In this document: positions 18,578 to 27,920 of the stretch, in pieces
How the letters are laid out: each line of letters opens with the position of its first letter
How positions within the stretch are numbered: the stretch's first letter is position 1
Virus record (IMG/VR): IMGVR_UViG_3300006641_000031
Span: 817 to 64,816 of that record
Origin: a virus
Lineage: Duplodnaviria > Caudoviricetes
Direction: 5' to 3' (one strand)
Length of the DNA stretch: 64,000 bases
Notes under the pieces: model-generated
Database searches by the model: none
What the model was told of the DNA's origin: nothing
Seen by the model: the letters and a program-made list of their open reading frames with translations, nothing else
Translations under genes and position numbers: made by a program

Positions 18578-19135
18578 TTGGCCGATGGTTTGCCGTTAGA
18601 TGTTGATGCAAAAGCTGTTCGCCGTAAACTGGCTGTGGATAACGCCAGGAAACGTCGGGTAGCTCAAGCAGATCGCCGGCAAATCCGGGTTATCAGTTTT
18701 CTCAAAAAAGCAAATAAAGCGGTCAAGTTGACCCTCCAACAACGGGTCACCTTGGCCGCTAATTATCTTCGGGATCAAGTAGTTCGCAATCTTTCCACTC
18801 CAGTGGAAAAAATTGTAACCAAGAAACTTAAGGTGGTGAAAGGAAAAGACGGGCAGGAGCGGCTGAAATTAACCTATCGGGTAAAGGTAGACCCCAAGTC
18901 CCGCTCAAAGCCTGGGGAATTTCCGAGGGCAGATACAACCCTCTTAATGAAAAGCATCTTCTACGATGTAAAAGAGGTGGGACCCGGCTCGTTTGAAGCT
19001 AAAGTTGGAACTGCTCTAGATTACGGCCTCATTTTGGAAATAAGCGAAGAGTTGGATCGCAGTTTTCTTGTAAGAACCTTAAACAAAGAGGCTGCAACGG
19101 TCACACAAATCATCACTAAAGGCTCGCAGCAATGA
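18578..19135 (+). CDS. Neck/tail completion protein (HK97 gp10-like)
   Basis: Basic protein with S.PGEFP.ADT..L.KSI...VGT.LDYG..LE...RSFL motif. Confidence 0.7.
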   Translation: MADGLPLDVDAKAVRRKLAVDNARKRRVAQADRRQIRVISFLKKANKAVKLTLQQRVTLAANYLRDQVVRNLSTPVEKIVTKKLKVVKGKDGQERLKLTYRVKVDPKSRSKPGEFPRADTTLLMKSIFYDVKEVGPGSFEAKVGTALDYGLILEISEELDRSFLVRTLNKEAATVTQIITKGSQQ

Positions 19136-19641
19136 CCTCCATCGCATCTATTATGGGTCTGCATAAAGCTGTTCGGGCTCTTTGGGATTCTTCTGATTTG
19201 GATGATTCTTTTACTCAGTTTTGGACGGCAACTGAGATAACCCAGTTCATGGCGTTAAACGAAACGGAAGCAGCTCCAGGGCAGCCGTTTCCTTATGTGG
19301 TGTTTGAGTGTTCCCCTGGGATTGTTGTTTCCCGAATGTCCAAAACGCGGGAGTCTATTTGGGAAGTTCAGCGAGTCCCGTGGTCGTTCAAGGTTCTCGC
19401 CCGTAAAATAGACGGGGATGCCCGGTCTCCTAAGGAGATAGCCAATGAACTCATGGAAGATATTTTGGCTGTGTTCGGGGGTCACCCGGTAACGCCTCCA
19501 ACATCGCCGACCCTGGATTACGGAAATTTTTTGTTATCTACTCTTACCAGTGTGGTTGGAACCCGAGTAGGTGACGATGAGTACCAATTAACCATCAGCT
19601 ACTCGTTTCTAATTGATGTGCCAGTAGCCCATAGGAGATAA
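19132..19641 (+). CDS. Tail terminator protein
   Basis: AP.GQPFPYVVF motif; position between neck and tube genes. Confidence 0.65.
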   Translation: MTSIASIMGLHKAVRALWDSSDLDDSFTQFWTATEITQFMALNETEAAPGQPFPYVVFECSPGIVVSRMSKTRESIWEVQRVPWSFKVLARKIDGDARSPKEIANELMEDILAVFGGHPVTPPTSPTLDYGNFLLSTLTSVVGTRVGDDEYQLTISYSFLIDVPVAHRR

Positions 19642-19644
19642 GAC

Positions 19645-20325
19645 GTGGCAACCCAATCTTTAAGTGACATTACCATTCAGCTGAAACTGGTTGGTAAGAA
19701 CACCAATACTCTAACGGATGGGAATGCCGTTGTTGCTCCCCATCCCAGCCTCAATTACCGTCCTACGCTCACCAGTGGGGCCGATGCAAATCAGGCTAAT
19801 CGTGGGTGGCAATCCACGGACCGATCTCTTAGTTCTGGGGCCAGTGAGGTTTTGGACCTCTACGATATGGCTGGTACCGATATTGGAGCCGGCTCCGGGC
19901 TGGATGGGGTTGGTCAGGCAGTCGCCTACGAAGAAATTGTGGCGATCGCCATCGTAAACGAAAACGCTGTAGGGGACGCGGGGATTTTGGAGTTTATTCC
20001 TGACCCGACCAACGGTTGGACTCCCCTTGGTTCCCATACTTCTGCTACGGGTGGTGGGCTTCGTGGGCAGGGCATGTTCTGTAAGGCTCAGATTGCAGAA
20101 CAGGGCTTTGATGTGGCGGACGCCTCTAGCCACCGAATTAAACTCACCGCCAATGGTGGGGCGGTTACTTACTCCATTTACATCATGGCTCGCCATGATG
20201 ACAACACATCTTCCAGTAGTTCCTCCAGTTCTTCCAGTTCTTCGTCGTCCAGCTCTAGCAGCTCCAGTGCATCTTCCAACAGCTCCAGTTCTTCGTCGTC
20301 CAGCTCCAGCAGCTCCTCCAGTTAA
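19645..20325 (+). CDS. Tail-associated structural protein with C-terminal poly-Ser tail; paralogue of the N-terminal domain of 24308..26974
   Basis: About 185 aa beta domain, then RHDDNT + about 38 Ser-rich residues. Shares SGASEVLDLYD, YEEIV and YSxYIMARHDD with 24308. Confidence 0.7.
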   Translation: MATQSLSDITIQLKLVGKNTNTLTDGNAVVAPHPSLNYRPTLTSGADANQANRGWQSTDRSLSSGASEVLDLYDMAGTDIGAGSGLDGVGQAVAYEEIVAIAIVNENAVGDAGILEFIPDPTNGWTPLGSHTSATGGGLRGQGMFCKAQIAEQGFDVADASSHRIKLTANGGAVTYSIYIMARHDDNTSSSSSSSSSSSSSSSSSSSSASSNSSSSSSSSSSSSSS

Positions 20326-20370
20326 TTTTGACACCCACTTCGCCACTAGATCGGCATAGGAGTCTAAACA

Positions 20371-20802
20371 ATGTCTTCGCTCAACACCTTAACGGGACGA
20401 AACGGAAAGTTCGTTGTGGACAACGAACTCGTGGCCCGGGCAACGCAATGGTCGGTAAACCCCAAGCTGGCGAGCTCCAGCGAGTGGGGTGACAGCGATT
20501 CCGGTGGTTACACGAATCGTTCGGCGGGTCGCAAGGATGCTACTTTCAATTCGGAAGGAAAGTATGACACCACGGATGAGGTTTTTGATCTGTTTATGCC
20601 CGGGGATACCGTGGTGGCGGTGTTGTGGATGGACGCCACAAGCCTCTACTGGGATTTTCCGCGTGCTCTGTGTAATGACTTTTCCATGGTCATTAACATT
20701 GACACAGAGGACGTGATTGGTTGGACTGCCGGTTGGGGTGCGGATGGTATTTTCTACTATCCGGGTCAGTCGGGGGCAACAGCTCGAACGCTTCCCGCTT
20801 AG
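20371..20802 (+). CDS. Major tail tube protein
   Basis: 143 aa with G.NGK...WS...D.DSGG....GRKD pattern; AGGAG RBS; precedes the tail chaperone. Confidence 0.7.
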   Translation: MSSLNTLTGRNGKFVVDNELVARATQWSVNPKLASSSEWGDSDSGGYTNRSAGRKDATFNSEGKYDTTDEVFDLFMPGDTVVAVLWMDATSLYWDFPRALCNDFSMVINIDTEDVIGWTAGWGADGIFYYPGQSGATARTLPA

Positions 20803-20832
20803 TTTGCTGTTGGTTGTTTCTTAGGGTCACAG

Positions 20833-20872
20833 AAAACCACTCCATCTTCCTTTCGGGGGTGGAGTGGTTTTT
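20833..20872 (+). terminator. Rho-independent terminator
   Basis: AAAACCACTCCATCTTCC-TTTC-GGGGGTGGAGTGGTTTTT. Confidence 0.75.
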
Positions 20873-20906
20873 GTTAGGTAGGTAGAAAATTTTAGGAGAA
20901 CCAATT

Positions 20907-21533
20907 GTGAGTGACACAGAGGCTCGTGTCTTAGGTGCTGGACAGAAGATTGAGGTGAATGGAAAAACTTACACGTTACGACCCGTCGTGGTGCGGTTGT
21001 TGTGTGAGTTGGAGCGGAGTGCCCTCCACGAATACAAACGAGATTTTTTGGAAAGTTACTCCAGAAACTTAGATCTTCTGCCTCCTGGTGATCGGGAGGC
21101 AATTCTACGCTCCAAGTTTGAGGAGGTGGCTCGTTGGACGGTTACAGAGCTGCCCCAAAAGACCTCCTACGGGGTTCAGGGTATTCCAGTAACCCCTGAG
21201 CTTAGAAATAAGCTCTTGGAAATTTACGGGGAGGTGCCAGAAAAGGATAATGGGGTCCGTGCTATGCTATCCCTGTCTTTGGAGGCTGGGACCCTTAAGA
21301 TGGAAGATGCCCACAAATTAACGGGAGTGTGGCCCAAGGTTGGGAAGATACGCTATGACCAGTGGTGGGTGACCGGCACCATCTCAGGCATGGTGGAATT
21401 TACGCTGTCCTCCGTCCGCAGAGAACACCCAGAAATGACTGCGGAAATGATTAAAGACTGGCCGGTACCGAAATTGGTGGAAGCCTCTCGAATTGTAGAA
21501 AGTCTTTCCGCTGCTGATCTGGGAAATATGTAG
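20907..21533 (+). CDS. Tail assembly chaperone (lambda gpG-like)
   Basis: Lies between tube and tape measure; ends in slippery heptamer G GGA AAT. Confidence 0.75.
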   Translation: MSDTEARVLGAGQKIEVNGKTYTLRPVVVRLLCELERSALHEYKRDFLESYSRNLDLLPPGDREAILRSKFEEVARWTVTELPQKTSYGVQGIPVTPELRNKLLEIYGEVPEKDNGVRAMLSLSLEAGTLKMEDAHKLTGVWPKVGKIRYDQWWVTGTISGMVEFTLSSVRREHPEMTAEMIKDWPVPKLVEASRIVESLSAADLGNM

Positions 21534-21955
21534 GGCTCGCCGCGTTAAGAGAAGGGGCTTCCACGGAAGAAGAAGCCAGCGACGGGCCAGGTTTATTAGG
21601 AGGGATCACGAGCTATCATTTTCGTCTTCTTTGTGAGAATACTTTTAATGGGGGTGGTGGTTACCCCATTACAGACGTTGCCGAAATGACTTTGGACCAG
21701 ATTTGGTTTCGGCTGTGCGATAAAGAAGTTCTTAAGCAGAAGAAGGGAAAACGCACAAGCAAAGCGGAACCCCTGAACCTCGTTTCTAAGGCTGCCGCGG
21801 ACGGCAAGATCACAGGCAGAGATGCACAAGGTAATATTATTCGGGGTGTTGTGCGGGGGAAATCGAAGGCTCGTGAGTTAATGGAGCGTCAACAGCAACG
21901 GGAACGGGAAGCCCGGGCTGCTATGGAATCCAACAGAAAGCGAAAAAAGAGGTGA
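21521..21955 (+). CDS. gpT-like extension expressed by programmed -1 frameshift (gpGT)
   Basis: GGGAAAT at 21521-21527. The -1 frame is open from there (GKYVGLAALREG...) through MTLDQIW to the stop at 21955. Confidence 0.75.
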   Translation, partial: GKYVGLAALREGASTEEEASDGPGLLGGITSYHFRLLCENTFNGGGGYPITDVAEMTLDQIWFRLCDKEVLKQKKGKRTSKAEPLNLVSKAAADGKITGRDAQGNIIRGVVRGKSKARELMERQQQREREARAAMESNRKRKKR

Positions 21956-21958
21956 CCT

Positions 21959-24304
21959 ATGGGATTGGAACTTGCCAGAATGTTCGTCACGGTCCGGGCA
22001 GATGCTTCCATGGTTGCCCAAGATCTGCAAGCCGCTCAATCTTCTGCCGTCCAGCAAGTGTCTCAAATGACCGGCCAGATGGATAGAAATGTTGACGGTT
22101 TTACGGATAGGCTGCTTAACTCCCTCTCTGGTATTCAGGCCGGCATTCTTGCCACGATGGGAGCTACGGCTCGTTGGACTTCCCAGTTGCTCCAAGGGGG
22201 TACTCAGGCTGCCACAAGTTTGGAAAAGACCCAAGTTGCGTTTGAGGTGATGCTGGGTTCCGCTGAAGAAACCCAGAAAACCTTAAATGACTTGACGCAA
22301 TTTGCAGCGAAAACTCCCTTTGAGATGCCAGAAATCTTGCAAGCCGCTCGGGGTCTTATTCAGTTTGGGGATCGTGGCGGAGACTTAATGCGAAGCCTGA
22401 ATATTATTGGAAATGCGGCAGCCGGCACGAGCAGTCAGTTTGGAGAATTGGCTCTTATTTTTAATCAAATACGAGGTGTTGGAAAGTTACTTACTCCAGA
22501 CTTTCGGCAATTATCTACTCGTGGTGTACTTAGCCTCCAAGACATTGCAGACTATTATGGAGTTGCCTCGAATGCTGCTCAGGATATGATTTCTAAAGGA
22601 AAGGTTTCTTTTAACGACCTGATTAAGATTTTGGAAAAGCTGAGCGGTGAGGGTGGTCGTTTTAATAACATGATGGAAAAACAGTCCCAGACCATGGATG
22701 GTTTGACGAGCACCTACAATGATGCCGTAAACATTATGCGTCGCACAATTTCCACCCCTATTGTGGAGTGGACAAAGACATTGGTGCGATTCAAAATTAA
22801 ATTGGTGGAACAACTCACCGCTGTAGTGAGTATGTTTCCTGATTACATTAGTGGGGCTCTCTTGGGTGCGAACGCCATGTCAAAATTGGCGTTCGCTATC
22901 GCAAGTGCTAGAGTTGCCATGCGGGCTTTTGGTATTACTGCCAAGAGTGTCATGATTGGAACGGGTGTTGGGGCTGTCTTTGTGGCTCTTGGGGCTGGGA
23001 TTGGAATGCTCCTACCGTACCTCATGGAACTAAACGAATACTTTTGGGAGCTAAAGCCTGTTCAAGATGCGTTGGCGGATGCCTCCAAAATGTTAAAAGA
23101 GGCTTGGGGTCATGCCTCCATTGCAGCCTCTAACCTATGGACGGCTCTTTCTGATCTAGTAATCAAACTTGGGGAGATGATGGGGTTTGATTTTACTGCT
23201 TTAGGTGGCTCTCTTGTGGAAATTTTCACAAGTGGTGTAAGAGCCGTTTCTAATTTCGTTCTTCAAACCGCCAAGTTTGTTCGGGTGCTTACCGAAAATT
23301 GGAAAGTGGTGGCGGCGAACCTCGGCATCTACCTCTTTGGGGCTTTCAACCTTGTGTACTTGGAAGGGGTGCGGGTCTTTACTGCCTTTGGGGATTACCT
23401 TTTCCGGTTGTGGGATGCTGTGAAGTTTGGGTTCCAAGAATCATTTACCAATATGTGGGCTTTTGCTAAGACGGGGTTCGTTCAGTTTATTTCTACTTGG
23501 CGAACTTTGTGGACGAATATTGGAAATTGGATGGTCCAGAATTTTACCAAGCACATGATGTTTATGTTGGAAGGGGTGCTTAAGATTTTGGAGCTCTTTC
23601 CCGAGATGCAAGGAATGGTGGCAGACATTCGAAAAATGGCGGACGATTTTCTGGTTAAACGCCAGAAAGCCACTCAAGACAATCTACAAGCAATCCAAGT
23701 GTGGGAGAATAAACAACGCCAAATCATTGGAGAGCAACAGTCTGCCAGTTTAGAACGGCTTAATGCCAGCCGGGCGACTGTAGAAGAACAAAGAGCCAAA
23801 TCCGTGGGGAAGGCTTATGCTGCCATTGACGCTTCCATGGCCACGACCCGTAAGAGCATGGACGCTGCCATTGGAAGCATCAAGGGGCTTATGGATGCTG
23901 CCGTGCTCCCTGAAGAAAAAGAGGACAATACGAAGGGAAAAGGGGGTGGAGGCAAGACCGAAGAAACCCCCGAAGAAAAGAAGAAGGCAATGGGGCCGGT
24001 AGGTTATGCAGAGTATGGAAAACGGCTGCAAGAAATCATGTCGGGCAAAGACAAGGATCAGAAAATTATTGCGGACGAATCCATTAAACAGTCTGATTTG
24101 TTACGCGAAATTCGAGACCGCTCTACTCTGTCTCCACGGTTTCGGTCGGCAGACTTTGTTGTGGAAGGTCCTGGTACTTCCCTGACCCCTGATGGGGCCA
24201 TGAAAGAAAGCACGAAGCACACAGATCTACTTAAGGGAATTGACTCCAAAATGGGGACAATGGTGGAAGTTGCCAAGAAGGGCACTCCAGCAATTTTGGA
24301 GTAA
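21959..24304 (+). CDS. Tape measure protein
   Basis: 781 aa helical protein with tape-measure N-terminal domain (FEVMLGSAEE...FAAKTPF...QSQTMDGL.ST..D) and Trp/Phe-periodic middle. Confidence 0.9.
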   Translation: MGLELARMFVTVRADASMVAQDLQAAQSSAVQQVSQMTGQMDRNVDGFTDRLLNSLSGIQAGILATMGATARWTSQLLQGGTQAATSLEKTQVAFEVMLGSAEETQKTLNDLTQFAAKTPFEMPEILQAARGLIQFGDRGGDLMRSLNIIGNAAAGTSSQFGELALIFNQIRGVGKLLTPDFRQLSTRGVLSLQDIADYYGVASNAAQDMISKGKVSFNDLIKILEKLSGEGGRFNNMMEKQSQTMDGLTSTYNDAVNIMRRTISTPIVEWTKTLVRFKIKLVEQLTAVVSMFPDYISGALLGANAMSKLAFAIASARVAMRAFGITAKSVMIGTGVGAVFVALGAGIGMLLPYLMELNEYFWELKPVQDALADASKMLKEAWGHASIAASNLWTALSDLVIKLGEMMGFDFTALGGSLVEIFTSGVRAVSNFVLQTAKFVRVLTENWKVVAANLGIYLFGAFNLVYLEGVRVFTAFGDYLFRLWDAVKFGFQESFTNMWAFAKTGFVQFISTWRTLWTNIGNWMVQNFTKHMMFMLEGVLKILELFPEMQGMVADIRKMADDFLVKRQKATQDNLQAIQVWENKQRQIIGEQQSASLERLNASRATVEEQRAKSVGKAYAAIDASMATTRKSMDAAIGSIKGLMDAAVLPEEKEDNTKGKGGGGKTEETPEEKKKAMGPVGYAEYGKRLQEIMSGKDKDQKIIADESIKQSDLLREIRDRSTLSPRFRSADFVVEGPGTSLTPDGAMKESTKHTDLLKGIDSKMGTMVEVAKKGTPAILE

Positions 24305-24307
24305 CCT

Positions 24308-26974
24308 ATGGGGACGCAGACACTCACCGGAGCTAAAGTTTTTCTTGTCCTTCGTGGTAGAGTAGTCAACTCCTTGGTGGACTACTCCGAGGCGGACGTA
24401 GAGTGTCCTGCGTTGTTCTATCACCCTTCCCTCTCTCCTGGTGTGGAAGCCAGTCAGGTGAGCCGTGGGTGGCAAGCCCAGTCTCGTTCTTTGGCGTCGG
24501 GTGCCAGTGAGGTTTTGGACCTCTACGATTTACAAGGTATTGATATTGGAGCCGGCGATGGGCGGGACGGTTGCGGTCAGTTGGTGGTTTATGAGGAGAT
24601 TGTAGTTCTTGCCATTGCGTGCGAACCGACTTCTACGGGCAGTTTAGAAATTGAGCCGGATGCTACGAACGGCTGGTCCTGCTTTGGGTCCCATACAAGT
24701 GCTGGGAATGGGGCCATTCGGCCCGGGGGCTTCCTGGTCAAGACCCAGTTGGCCGAACCCGCGTTTGACGTGGCGGATGCGGTAAACCATCGCCTCAAGC
24801 TTACAGCAGCAAATGGGGATTTAACTTACTCTGTTTACATTATGGCTCGCCATGATGACGAGCCATCTAGTTCCAGCAGTAGTTCTTCCCTTTCCAGTAG
24901 CTCGTCTTCCAGCCTATCGTCTAGCTCCGCCAGTTCCCAATCCTCCAGTAGTTCCTCCAGTTCTGCCAGTTCGAGCTCCAGTAGCTCCTCTAGTTCTTCT
25001 AGTGTGTCCTCCAGTAGCTCGGCAGAGAGCTCGTTGTCTTCTAGTTCTTCCACCAGTAGTTCGTCTAGTAGCAGCTCCCTTCTCAGTTCTGAGTCCAGCA
25101 GCTCCAGCAGTACCTCCAGCAGCTCTCATTCCAGTTCGTCATCCAGTTTGTCCAGTAGCTCTAGCAGTAGCTCGAGCAGCTCGCAATCCAGTGTGTCGGA
25201 GTCCAGTCAATCCAGTAGCTCCTCGTCAAGCTCCAGTTCCCAATCCAGCTCCAGCAGTAGTTCACAATCTAGTTCTAGCAGTAGTTCGTCCTCCAGTAAT
25301 TCTTCCAGTAGCTCCAGTAGCTCCTCCAGTAGCTCGCAATCCTCCAGTTCGTCTTCGTCAAGCTCCAGTAGCTCCTCGTCAAGCTCCAGTTCATTTTCCA
25401 GTCAATCTTCAAGTTCTTCGTCTAGCAGCTCCAGCTCCTCGTCAAGTTCTCAGTCGAGCTCTAGTAGTTCCTCCAGTAGTAGCGAATCGAGTAGCTCCAG
25501 CTCTTCCAGTAGCAGCGAGTCGAGCTCTAGTAGTTCCTCTAGTAGCTCGCAATCGAGTTCCAGCTCCTCGTCAAGTTCTCAGTCAAGCTCCAGTAGTTCC
25601 TCCAGTAGCAGCGAGTCGAGCTCCAGTAGTTCCTCCAGTAGTTCTCAGTCCTCTAGCAGTTCTAGTTCCCAGTCCAGCTCCAGCAGCAGTTCTAGCAGTT
25701 CCAGTTCTAGCCAATCTGATTCTAGTTCTTCCAGTAGTTCGAGTTCATCTTCTAGTTCTTTTTCCAGTAGCTCGTCTTCTAGCTTTTCGAGTAGCTCCAG
25801 CTCCTCGTCAAGTTCTCAGTCGAGCAGCTCCAGCAGTAGCGAGTCGAGCTCCAGTAGTTCCTCCAGTAGCTCTGAATCTTCTAGTAGCAGCTCAAGTTCC
25901 TCGTCAAGTTCTTCTAATTCCTCCAGTAGCAGCTCAAGTTCCTCGTCAAGTTCTCAGTCGAGCTCCAGTAGTTCCTCTAGTAGCTCCAATAGTTCCTCCA
26001 GTAGCTCCTCCAGTAGCTCTAATTCCTCCAGTAGTAGCTCCAGCTCCTCGTCAAGTTCTCAGTCGAGCTCCAGTAGTTCCTCCAGTAGTAGCGAGTCGAG
26101 CTCCAGTAGTTCCTCCAGTAGTAGCGAGTCGAGCAGCTCTAGCTCTAGCAGCAGTTCCCATAGTTCTAGTTCTTCCAGCAGTAACTCCAGCAGTAGTTCG
26201 GAGTCCTCTAGTCAGTCAAGTTCTTCCTCCAGTAGCTCCAGTAGCTCCTCTAGTAACTCCAGTAGTTCCTCCAGCAGCTCCAGTCAATCTTCAAGTTCTT
26301 CGTCTAGTTCTAGTACCTACACTCCAACGGTGCTGGTCTACAATGCAAACGATACTTGGACGGCTCCAGTTGGCATTACTTCTGTTTTGGTGGAGTGTTG
26401 GGGAGGTGGTGGAGGTGGTGGTAACTACTTCACTCAGTCTGGCGGTGGTGGCGGTGGTGGTGCTTTTTCTAAAGCCACGGTCACCGTAGTTCCTGGGAAC
26501 ACCTACACCATCCAAGTTGGTACTGGAGGGGACACGAATGGACCTTATGTAAATGGAGGGGACACGACGTTTCTTGACCCTGGAAACAATGTATTGGTAA
26601 AGGCTGTTGGCGGAGAAACAGCCACGGATGACATTCCTGGGGAGGGTGGAGTGTTCTCTTCTGGCGTGGGAACTACACGCTATAGCGGTGGTGGTGGTGG
26701 TCTTGGTGGTACGGGTGGTTCTACGTCTAATGGTGGCGGTGGTGGCTCTAGTGGTGGCTGTGCTGCTCATGGGACAGATGGGGAAAACGGGGACGATGGT
26801 GGTATTGGGGCTCCTGCCCCCGATGTGGATTCGGGTGCTGGTGGTGATGGGGCTGTGGAACCTACTCAAACTTCTTTAGCTGGCGATGTTCCTGGTGGTG
26901 GCGGTGGTGGTGGCTCCAACTCCTTTCCTACTGGATCAGTGGGGGCTCACGGACGAATGCGACTTACATTCTAG
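24308..26974 (+). CDS. Tail fibre-like protein: structural N-domain, about 483-aa poly-serine stalk, Gly-rich C-terminal domain
   Basis: Ser tract at 24866-26314. C-terminus WTAP.GITSV.VECWGGGGGGG...G.HGR..L matches the Gly-rich domain of phage tail proteins. Confidence 0.75.
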   Translation: MGTQTLTGAKVFLVLRGRVVNSLVDYSEADVECPALFYHPSLSPGVEASQVSRGWQAQSRSLASGASEVLDLYDLQGIDIGAGDGRDGCGQLVVYEEIVVLAIACEPTSTGSLEIEPDATNGWSCFGSHTSAGNGAIRPGGFLVKTQLAEPAFDVADAVNHRLKLTAANGDLTYSVYIMARHDDEPSSSSSSSSLSSSSSSSLSSSSASSQSSSSSSSSASSSSSSSSSSSSVSSSSSAESSLSSSSSTSSSSSSSSLLSSESSSSSSTSSSSHSSSSSSLSSSSSSSSSSSQSSVSESSQSSSSSSSSSSQSSSSSSSQSSSSSSSSSSNSSSSSSSSSSSSQSSSSSSSSSSSSSSSSSSFSSQSSSSSSSSSSSSSSSQSSSSSSSSSSESSSSSSSSSSESSSSSSSSSSQSSSSSSSSSQSSSSSSSSSSESSSSSSSSSSQSSSSSSSQSSSSSSSSSSSSSQSDSSSSSSSSSSSSSFSSSSSSSFSSSSSSSSSSQSSSSSSSESSSSSSSSSSESSSSSSSSSSSSSNSSSSSSSSSSSSQSSSSSSSSSSNSSSSSSSSSSNSSSSSSSSSSSSQSSSSSSSSSSESSSSSSSSSSESSSSSSSSSSHSSSSSSSNSSSSSESSSQSSSSSSSSSSSSSNSSSSSSSSSQSSSSSSSSSTYTPTVLVYNANDTWTAPVGITSVLVECWGGGGGGGNYFTQSGGGGGGGAFSKATVTVVPGNTYTIQVGTGGDTNGPYVNGGDTTFLDPGNNVLVKAVGGETATDDIPGEGGVFSSGVGTTRYSGGGGGLGGTGGSTSNGGGGGSSGGCAAHGTDGENGDDGGIGAPAPDVDSGAGGDGAVEPTQTSLAGDVPGGGGGGGSNSFPTGSVGAHGRMRLTF
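24866..26314 (+). repeat. Low-complexity poly-Ser coding repeat
   Basis: About 483 codons using all six Ser codons, punctuated by Q/E/N/F/L. Recurring blocks such as TCCTCGTCAAGTTCTCAGTCGAGC. Confidence 0.95.
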
Positions 26975-26982
26975 GGGATTTT

Positions 26983-27912
26983 ATGGCTATTCAACTCGAT
27001 CCTTCCCAATGGCGTTTATCTACCCTTGGTAATATCCCAGTCAAAGTTATCTCCCGTAGTGGCATGTTTGAAAAGGAAGAGGCCTCGGCTACGGAGGTCT
27101 ACCTTATCAAAGCCTACCATTTGGACGATTTTGTAAACGAAGTCTTTCCAGTGGTCTATGATTGGATGGGAATTGCTTATTACCCACGAGCTCGGGCTTT
27201 CCCGGGCTTGGGTACTCTCAGTGCCAAGCGAATCACATGGGAGGCGTGGACGGATGGGAAGCCAGTAGACCCGTTTAATACGGATGCTTCGGCTCCAGCA
27301 GACACCTACGAAGAAGACTTAAAGGTCACCATTGAATATGGAACTACTCCTAACAATGATGACGAAGCTGACCCTACAGACCCTTTTACTTTTTTGGAAA
27401 TTTCTTGCTCTGGTGGTGGGGATTTCCAGCCGTTAGATGTAAATGGTCAGGGGCGGTGGAAGCCAGCAACGGGCGACACTCCTTTGGAAGAAGTAAAAGA
27501 ACCTGATATTTACGGAGTGGTAAACCAACCCCAAGTGGAATGGCATGTTCGTTGGCCTCAACTTCCGTGGGCTACGTTCAACGGGACCATTTTAGGGAGA
27601 TTGCGGGACAAGTTGGGAAAAGTGAATAGTACCGCAATGACCCTTCTGTTTAACGCTCCAGCGGAAACGGTGTTGTTCACCAGTTGGTCTATGTCGCAAC
27701 AGTACACGTGGAGATCTGGTTTCACAGGGGCTTCCCCATTGAACTTGGATTTGAATTTTGTGGAGCGTAATTTTACGGCTCCTGATGGGGTTCAAGTTAC
27801 CCACAATCATATCTACCGTAAGGGAGTTGGGTTTCGCCGGCTCCTGGTGGACGGCACAAATCCAATTTATTCTTTGGCAAATTTGGATTCCATTTTTGCC
27901 CCGAATACGTGA
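26983..27912 (+). CDS. Putative distal tail/baseplate protein
   Basis: 309 aa beta-rich protein in the post-tape-measure position. Confidence 0.5.
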   Translation: MAIQLDPSQWRLSTLGNIPVKVISRSGMFEKEEASATEVYLIKAYHLDDFVNEVFPVVYDWMGIAYYPRARAFPGLGTLSAKRITWEAWTDGKPVDPFNTDASAPADTYEEDLKVTIEYGTTPNNDDEADPTDPFTFLEISCSGGGDFQPLDVNGQGRWKPATGDTPLEEVKEPDIYGVVNQPQVEWHVRWPQLPWATFNGTILGRLRDKLGKVNSTAMTLLFNAPAETVLFTSWSMSQQYTWRSGFTGASPLNLDLNFVERNFTAPDGVQVTHNHIYRKGVGFRRLLVDGTNPIYSLANLDSIFAPNT

Positions 27913-27920
27913 GGTGAGAC

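Noticed and set aside
24852-26489. 545-aa Pro/Val/Ala-rich ORF in another + frame, and similar antisense ORFs at 13609-13860 and 24835-25129
   Set aside because: Shadows of the poly-Ser codons; no RBS or domain signal.
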